Source: Guillardia theta CCMP2712
Taxonomy: Eukaryota > Protista > Cryptophyta
DNA: 64,000 bases
Assembly: GCF_000315625.1 (NCBI RefSeq)
Contig: NW_005434646.1
Location: forward strand, 62,001 to 126,000
Direction: 5' to 3'
In this document: positions 57,126 to 64,000 of the stretch, in pieces
Layout: every line of letters starts with the position of its first letter
How positions within the stretch are numbered: position 1 is the first letter of the stretch
The notes under the pieces: generated by a model
Databases searched by the model: none
What the model was told of the DNA's origin: nothing
What the model saw: the letters and a program-made list of their open reading frames with translations, nothing else
Translations under genes and position numbers: made by a program

Positions 57126-58485
57126 CAGTCGCACATGCAAAAGAGTGGACAAAACTCTGTTCCTGGCTTGCTGTGCTTTAGAGGAAGCAGGACGTTTTTT
57201 TGCTTGATGGAAAGCGATAAATCAACTTTGAAAGGATCAACTCTTCACCTGTGGAATGTCCTGCTAAACTGCTAACTGACAACGATGGGAGGAGAGAGAC
57301 TGAAGCTAAGATTGCTTGTTGCTACAGACAACAGCCTCATCCTCCGGGCATGGCTCTACATGCCATGGATGATATCAGGGCAGCGTTCCAGTGTCCGGTG
57401 AAACTCAAGAGACATCAGCGCCGCCCGGACCTCCTGGCCCGGCCAATCATAGGCATGGACTCAGTGACTCAGTCTAGTAACGATACACCCGGACTCGATT
57501 CCCGGCGGCCGCCGGCCCGGCGCGACCTTGTAGTACCTAGTACTTTACTCAAAGTTAAGTTAAAAAGCAGTACGAGCCACATCCGTCGGAAATTTCGCTT
57601 GGTCCCTTTTTATTTCACTTTCAATTTTATAGCATCATTTTAAATTGATGGAACATTTCCGCTCAGTACTGTGCGTCTGTTGGACACTACTGCCTTGTTT
57701 CAAAAAGTTATTATAAATAGTACCAGGTACGTTGACTGTTATTGCAGTATAGGAAAGTTGACAAGATCGAACAGTAACAGCAGTACCCCACCACCCCTCC
57801 ACAGCCGACTTTGTACCGGAATGTCACCCATTTGGCACTTTTACAGGTAAAACTTTCACTTACCGTGCACCTTATACCCCCTTGACTTCTAACTCTATAA
57901 CTATATACAAACTAGCTTTAAAAGGATAAAAAGACCACCGGTATGCTTTATTTGCAGGATTATAGTACTCTGAGGTGCTGCGTACCATGGGTGGGGCAGG
58001 TGTATTGTTAAATGTACATATCAATTTTAATTGTAAAACTCGGTTCGACCACAGTGAGTCCTCGTGATTCATGGTCGTCAGGTGATCCAGGTGGAGAAGA
58101 AGCGCCGCTGAGAACAGGGAGACGAAGAGGATCGAGACGGAGAGAGCCAAGAACGGCATTCTCAATAACATTTTGAGTGCCGGTGACAAACGAGTAGAGT
58201 CAAGAGAGCATAAGGCGAGACAAGTGGAGGAGAAGAGTTAACAGGTGAAGGGGTCGCACTTGCCAGGGACAGGCGCAGGGCTCCGCGCACTGTCTACTTA
58301 TCATCGAAGATTCCATCGAAAGAGAAGAGAAGCTAAAATAACATATTGTGCGTAACGTACATCGGCCTTTTGGTGACACCTTGGGTATATTGCGCAGTGA
58401 CGTCGAGAGCAGCAACAAGAGCAAGCAGCTCTGATTGAACGCAAAGACCCGAACTGGCTTTCCAACGACCAAAAGCTTATCAACG

Positions 58486-59103
58486 ATGAAGAAGATGTTA
58501 AACGGATTGTTTGGGAGGGGAAAGGGTACTGGCACGAAATCGTCGCAAATATCGAAGCCAAAGGCAGCCAGCTCCGAGGAGAGTCCGGCCTCGGACGCGC
58601 AATCGAAGATCGAAAAGGCGAAGAACGGCCGAAAATGCATCGACAAGGACAACTTGGAGAACGAGGGGATGAATTTAGCGCCGCCAGTCAGACGAAAATC
58701 CTTGAGTTTAAAGGGAGGTGAAGCGACGAGCGACCCCAGCACTCCGACAGGAGACCCAATCAGCGACATTGAGCGAAAGAAGCTGCGTTTCAGGCAGCAG
58801 ATGTCCTTCTCATCCTACGACTTGACTGCAGAGGAGAAGCCCAGAGCTAAGGGATCAGCGTTTTCTTCTAGCATGAATCACCCTCGGCGCAAGAGTCTTC
58901 CGATGTATATCAACCCCAAGAACAGCGCAAGCACAGGATGTTTAGACCTGCTATCGTCGGGTTCACTTGATACATCAGATGAAAGTTGCAGGATTCACCG
59001 ACCTGAGGACGTAGATGACGTCATGCTGGCAAAACTTGTGCAGGAAGAAACCAGGGCTATGGCAATAGTGAATGGTGAGTTCAGATTTAAGCCCGATTTC
59101 TAG
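58486..59103 (+). CDS. Hypothetical Ser/Lys-rich disordered protein
   Basis: Single ORF of 205 codons from ATG 58486; RRKSL occurs twice. Confidence 0.6.
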   Translation: MKKMLNGLFGRGKGTGTKSSQISKPKAASSEESPASDAQSKIEKAKNGRKCIDKDNLENEGMNLAPPVRRKSLSLKGGEATSDPSTPTGDPISDIERKKLRFRQQMSFSSYDLTAEEKPRAKGSAFSSSMNHPRRKSLPMYINPKNSASTGCLDLLSSGSLDTSDESCRIHRPEDVDDVMLAKLVQEETRAMAIVNGEFRFKPDF

Positions 59104-59184
59104 TGAGAACGATGCTGCTGATCCTGAATGGTTTAGTCTTTCGAAAAAAAATATTCTTGCATCATTCAAAGAGCAACAATAAAA

Positions 59185-61160
59185 CTATCGTGAGATGTGC
59201 ATGATTGACAAAAACATGCTTAGCATGAGAGTGTAGGCTGCTGCATTGTCGACTTTTCGTCGCATCGAACCATTCATGACACTCATTTGGCTTCTCCCTG
59301 GAGGAGCATATTCAGCAATTTTTCGGATGCGCACAGAAGTAGATATCTACCAAACATGCTTCGAATCTGCATTGCTGGAGCTTTGATTTGAATCCAAGTC
59401 TTTCCACCATTGACTGTTCTGAAGATCTTCCCCGTTGAGGTTCCTGCAATGATAACATCGGAGCTTGAGATGTACAAGCCAGTCAAACTCTCATTTATTC
59501 CTGTGGAGTATGAGAATGCACTCATGAAGAAAGCGGTGATTACCAAGTGTATGCTCAACCCATGTACTGTGATTGTAAATCAGCAAGGAACCAGAGTCTG
59601 TTCCCACTAACACCTGCATGCCTGCATTAGCGAGCAACGAGATCGCGAAATAAACCCTAACCCACCTGCATCGTTCCATCAATCCAATTTCGAATCGCGC
59701 AAGATAGAAAATTTTTGCCAACCTGTACAAAGATAAGTGTCGACACTGAGCAGCACAACGTCAAAGACAACAAAATGAGCCATACAATGTGATCAAGTTT
59801 GATTGGACCACAAGATGACTCTGAAGTGCAATTTGTCCATTCCCAATGAATGTTCTACTCCACAAACCAATGAGTCAAGTGAAAGAAAGTTCGATGTCAC
59901 TTGATTTCGTCTACTCACATTGTTGTTGTGGTTGGACACGGGGACAACCCGGAAAATTGTCATAGAAGTACCACAGGCTACCAAGTCACTCAGTCTATCA
60001 GAAGCCTGATGAATACATGTAAACAACAACCACAATTGAGTGTATATCAAAACACAGTGTACCAGTCTCAGCAGAGAGTATTGGATGGAATCGATACTCT
60101 TCAGCCGCAAGTAGTTTGTCTGTCCACTCCAATCTACAGACACTTGGATGGCCGTCCCAAAGCTTCCCACGATGACTCCATTGCTAAAATCGCTGAATCT
60201 TACCCCGTGCCTACAATGCAGTCTATTACAGTTATGCAGAGGCGAACTAGTGGAATTACAGATCGATGTAAGCCGTGTCGTTTGTGACATGAGTACTGTT
60301 CTGCGTGCACAAGCTCCCCTCGCTCGGGCATCTCAAGAAGACCGTATTCCAAGTGCTCATATCTTGAGTAGAAATGAAAGTGCCCTGACAAGAAAACGTT
60401 TGACTGAGCATGCAGCACAATTGCATTGCGACACCTTCTCCCCAACGACGTACGCGGGTCCTGTTGCTTGCATGTAGTAGACACCCAAGAAGTCCAGAGA
60501 AAGTTGTGTGAGGCTCAGCTAGTCAGAAGTCAGAAGCTCTGTTGTTGTTGCCGCACTGCATCTCGACAACACTCACACTTTCCCAGGAGATCCCATGATT
60601 TCTCGTCATGATAGCAGTTCCCCTTGAGCCCACTACCAGACCATTCCTAAGATCCGCGAAGCAGACCTGTCTCGTCTCAGTGCCGATTCATTCGAGGTCA
60701 GATGCACGTACGTCGTTCAGATCGTTAGGTGTAACGCCCGTGCCCTGCAGCTGCCAGGATAACCCTGCATCGCTACTCGCAATGATCTTGCCTTCTTTTC
60801 CCACAGCATGGATCCAAGCGTACCTTTAAAGGTTCGCATAAGGATTGAAGCAAACGAACTGTTGTCCGTGAAGAGACTAAGTAAAACAGAGCCATCGAGC
60901 AGACAATCATCAATGAAGGGCACTACACACCAAACTCATATTCACTTGAACGATATATAAAACCTGCTCGCGAGTTGAGCGTCGTAGAGTTGAGCCGAGC
61001 ATCGTTTGTACATCAGGAGTAAAAAAGTGGCTTGGATGAGCAGCATGCGCTGTATTGGAGTAATCGTTCTCAATCTGGACAATTTCAAACGCATCGCTGG
61101 CTTGATCAGGCAATGAGCTGTTTTTGTTTTCATTTCTTGTCGAACACGGCAAGAAGACAT
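59185..61160 (-). CDS. Ycf48/BNR(Asp-box)-like beta-propeller protein, many short introns, possible signal peptide and hydrophobic C-tail
   Basis: HAVGKEGKIIASSDAGLSW, GLVVGSRGTAIMTRNHGISW, GTSTGKIFRTVNGGKTW. Both ends are inferred. Confidence 0.65.
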
Positions 61161-61530
61161 TTTGTCGCCGTTGTTTGGAGAATCAGAGCAGCTTTCGGGA
61201 GCGATAGTGCATGGGGTCCATCAGAACTCTATTGTACATCTGGCAGCCTTAGCCTCCTCCTCCTCCTCCTCCTCTTGTCCGCCTCTGATTGCCATCTCGT
61301 AGCCCTCCTTCTATGTGCCAGGCTTGTGGCATCCCCGACGATTTGACCTACCCCTACCCCCACTGCCATTTCCCTGTTCTACTACCCGTGGTGTGCAGCC
61401 AACATGTACTTATCTTGGACCCCACCCCTTCCGCTTCTGAGACCACCCCCTGGTAACCCAGTCACGACCCCTGTATCCTTCCTTTGACCGTCGGGGCGCC
61501 GACACAAACGGATAGAAACCTGCTGGCAGC

Positions 61531-61552
61531 TAAACTGGTTTAAACCAGTTTA
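61531..61552. other. Perfect 22-bp palindrome
   Basis: TAAACTGGTTTAAACCAGTTTA equals its own reverse complement. Confidence 0.9.
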
Positions 61553-61810
61553 AACCGACGGCTGAGTACCTAATCCAGCCCTGAACTAAATTCGATACGG
61601 CCTGGGCTGGCATCATGCCTCCCGGGCCGGCGGGGCGGCCCCGATCGGAGACTGCATACTGCCTGTGTAAGAGAGAGATGCGGCGACTTGCGGCAGTGTA
61701 GGGATGGAACATGGCAATGATAACGATGAAGTGGGAACATGGCATGGTCACAACAGGAAAGTTCAAAGCTTGTTGTCAACTTCATCTTATCCTTTGAAGA
61801 CGAGACAGTA

Positions 61811-63525
61811 ATGCATTCTACGAAGCTGGTACTGGTGGCTCTTCTCTGCCTCTCACACGCACTTGTCCTGAGCCGTTCTGAAAGCGTCCTAGTACGGTTC
61901 GAGGCGTACAGGTATAATCCTCTGCAAGGACCCTTTGCTTCTGCTGCAGACAGACTTGAACGGCAGCTTATGCTTCTCTACGATATGACGGACATAGCGG
62001 AAGAGTACGACGACAGTGCAGGATCTCCGAGGGATATAGGGTCCTTTCTGAACAGAAGCGCAGCGTACATCTTCAAGACCGCCAAGATTCCTGAGGTTGT
62101 GAAGGAGAGCTTGAATCAAACGAGACTGTGGAACAACATGACAGAGCTGCACGAGACCGTGAGAACTTTCAAGGCCATCCTCCATCACCTCTCTAAGTCC
62201 TCCGTGCCCCCATCAGAGCAAGACCAGTACCTCGCTACCTGCTTCAAGGCTGCTGCGATCCCTGTGCAGGCGAGGCTGAAGGGGCTGCAGGAGAGGCAGG
62301 CAGGCAACAAGCCTACCAAGATTCTCCTGAGCTCCCTGAGCTCCTTCAACAAGACGTTTCCCACGACCCCAAGAGAGGCCATGTTGCGACGGAGACTACA
62401 GCAGAGCAAAGAGCAGTGCAGTCCGCGGGGCATTGGAAGACGTCTGGAGCTGAAGCCTGTCCTGCTGCCTGCTGAGATTCATCAGAAGATGCTGGTGGAG
62501 CAGTTCGAGCTCAGGTTGGCCTACCTGGGGATCGAGAGCTCAAAGATTCAGTTCCCTCAGGAAGACCGCCAAGTCATCAACATCATTGAGGAAGGGGAAG
62601 CATTCGCAGAACTCGTCCGCAACACCAAGGAGCTACCGAGAAACCAGTCCGCGTGGGGCAAGGCAGAGCAGAACATCCTATCATACCATCTATGCAAGGC
62701 TGCCGCGCTCGGAGACATCGGTACCCTCGAGAAGCTCATCCTCCATGGCGCCAGGGCGTCTTGGGCTTGTCCCCCATGGGGCGACACTCCTTTACATGCC
62801 GCCTGCAGGGCAGGGGAGGGCAAGGCTGCGTCCTTCCTCATCGCCCGTGGAGCCAACCCGCACGCACTGACTGAGATGGAGGGGTGGACCCCGCTGCACA
62901 TGGCGAGCGCATCAGGGAACAGAGACCTTGTGGAGCTCCTCCTGCGTATTGGATCGCGTGTGACGCTGCAGGGTCCTCCCCCCTTCGACCTTAATGCGTT
63001 CGACTGCGCAATCGTGAATGGCATCGACAGGAGTGACCCTGTGGTCATCCGCCTTCAGAACACGTTAGAAAATGTGCTGGGGAGGAGGGACATTCCGACA
63101 TGGGAGGAGAGGATGTTGCAGGAGAAGAAGCAGAAGGATTTAGAGTTGAAGCAGATGAAGATGGGGATCCAGGTGAGGAGGCCGAGCATATTGACCTGCA
63201 GGATGATCTTCACTGAGCGGGTTGCAGACTCATGCTAGGATCATTCCCAATATGCATGTGCATGTTGACTCAAACCTTCAAGATCGAAAGAGGTTTTCCC
63301 TTAGAACTTCATTCCCTCGCTTTTGCTCACACTCGTTGCAGCTATCTTTATCATAGGCGAACTTTGTTGGACAGCATGCAGACGCAAGAATATGACCGTT
63401 CAGATCGCAGCAATAGGATTAGCGTGCTGCACGGCGAAAAGAGGGAAGAGAATCCTTCGAACTTCACACTAGGGCCTTCAAAGACCCAAGAGATGGAATT
63501 CGACACATCAGACGACCTGCTATGA
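61811..63525 (+). CDS. Signal-peptide protein with C-terminal ankyrin repeats (3 exons)
   Basis: MHSTKLVLVALLCLSHA; GDTPLHAAC, GWTPLHMASASG; two short introns after ~63172. Confidence 0.82.
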
Positions 63526-63682
63526 GGGAGTAAATCATGCTGTTATGCTGGGTGTCTTGTCACAAAGCGACATCTTCTTTTCCTTACGGTACTTGTTGAA
63601 TCTTTACAGAACTTGAACTTTAGATTGGATTGTTTAAAGTGAGAAACTCATGATCGATCGCCTAGTCCCTTGCGTTGTCCTC

Positions 63683-64000
63683 TCAGAGCGTTAACTTGGA
63701 CTTCCTGGACGACGTGCGAGTCCAGGCCTGTGTGGCCCACAGCTTGAGCTTGTTCTGATGTCCTGCCTTCACCACCCCCATGGCCTTGAATCTGCAGTGT
63801 CGTGAGCCGATCGAGACAAACGAGGGGGTAGCAACAACAAATGACAGGATGGGTGAGGGAAGGGAGTGGTTGGGGGAGGAGGGTGTGGCATCGCAAAAAT
63901 GAAACCAGGGAGAGGAAGGAGGAAGGAGATACAAGAGAAGGGCAGACAACAGAGCACTCACTGCTCATTGCTGCAGATGCTCAACGATTCCATATCCATC
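63683..64000 (-). CDS. 3' end of a gene with a C-terminal SAM-like domain
   Basis: Spliced reading MDMESLSICSNE-QFKAMGVVKAGHQNKLKLW matches the SAM consensus ID..SL..L....LK.LG..K.GH..K. Confidence 0.6.

Noticed and set aside
57872-58189. 105-aa hydrophobic ORF
   Set aside because: Non-ATG start, runs into the AT-rich GTAC tract, and has no supporting motif.

Overview
Gene-dense eukaryotic nuclear DNA, almost certainly from a cryptophyte alga (Guillardia theta-like). Evidence: a nucleus-encoded CpeS/CpcS-type phycobilin lyase with a bipartite signal+transit presequence, many 45-55 bp GT-AG introns with CTGAC/CTCAC branch points, and polypurine/polypyrimidine microsatellites inside introns. 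I reconstructed about 21 protein-coding genes by hand: a PMASQ-repeat protein, four signal-peptide ankyrin proteins, a villin/gelsolin-like protein, a ~3,200-aa cadherin-like/WD40 multipass membrane protein, DUF1295, a receptor-type RING-H2 E3 ligase, a GSTCD-like methyltransferase, an NWD-type NACHT-WD40 protein, an acidic coiled-coil protein, a CCDC17-like C2 protein, CpeS, a USP deubiquitinase, a BAR-like protein, an NHL protein, a Ycf48/BNR-like propeller, a Ser/Lys-rich hypothetical protein and two edge-truncated genes. I saw no rRNA, tRNA, CRISPR array or transposase. The best leads are (1) three ankyrin proteins whose signal peptide is followed by a ubiquitin-tail-like LRGG motif, (2) the giant adhesin-like multipass receptor with a WD40 propeller inserted into a cadherin-like repeat, (3) the propeller-TM-RING receptor ligase, and (4) recurring GTAC, GGGGT and CCGG motif clusters in intergenic DNA. 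All exon models and domain calls come from reading by eye; no searches were run.
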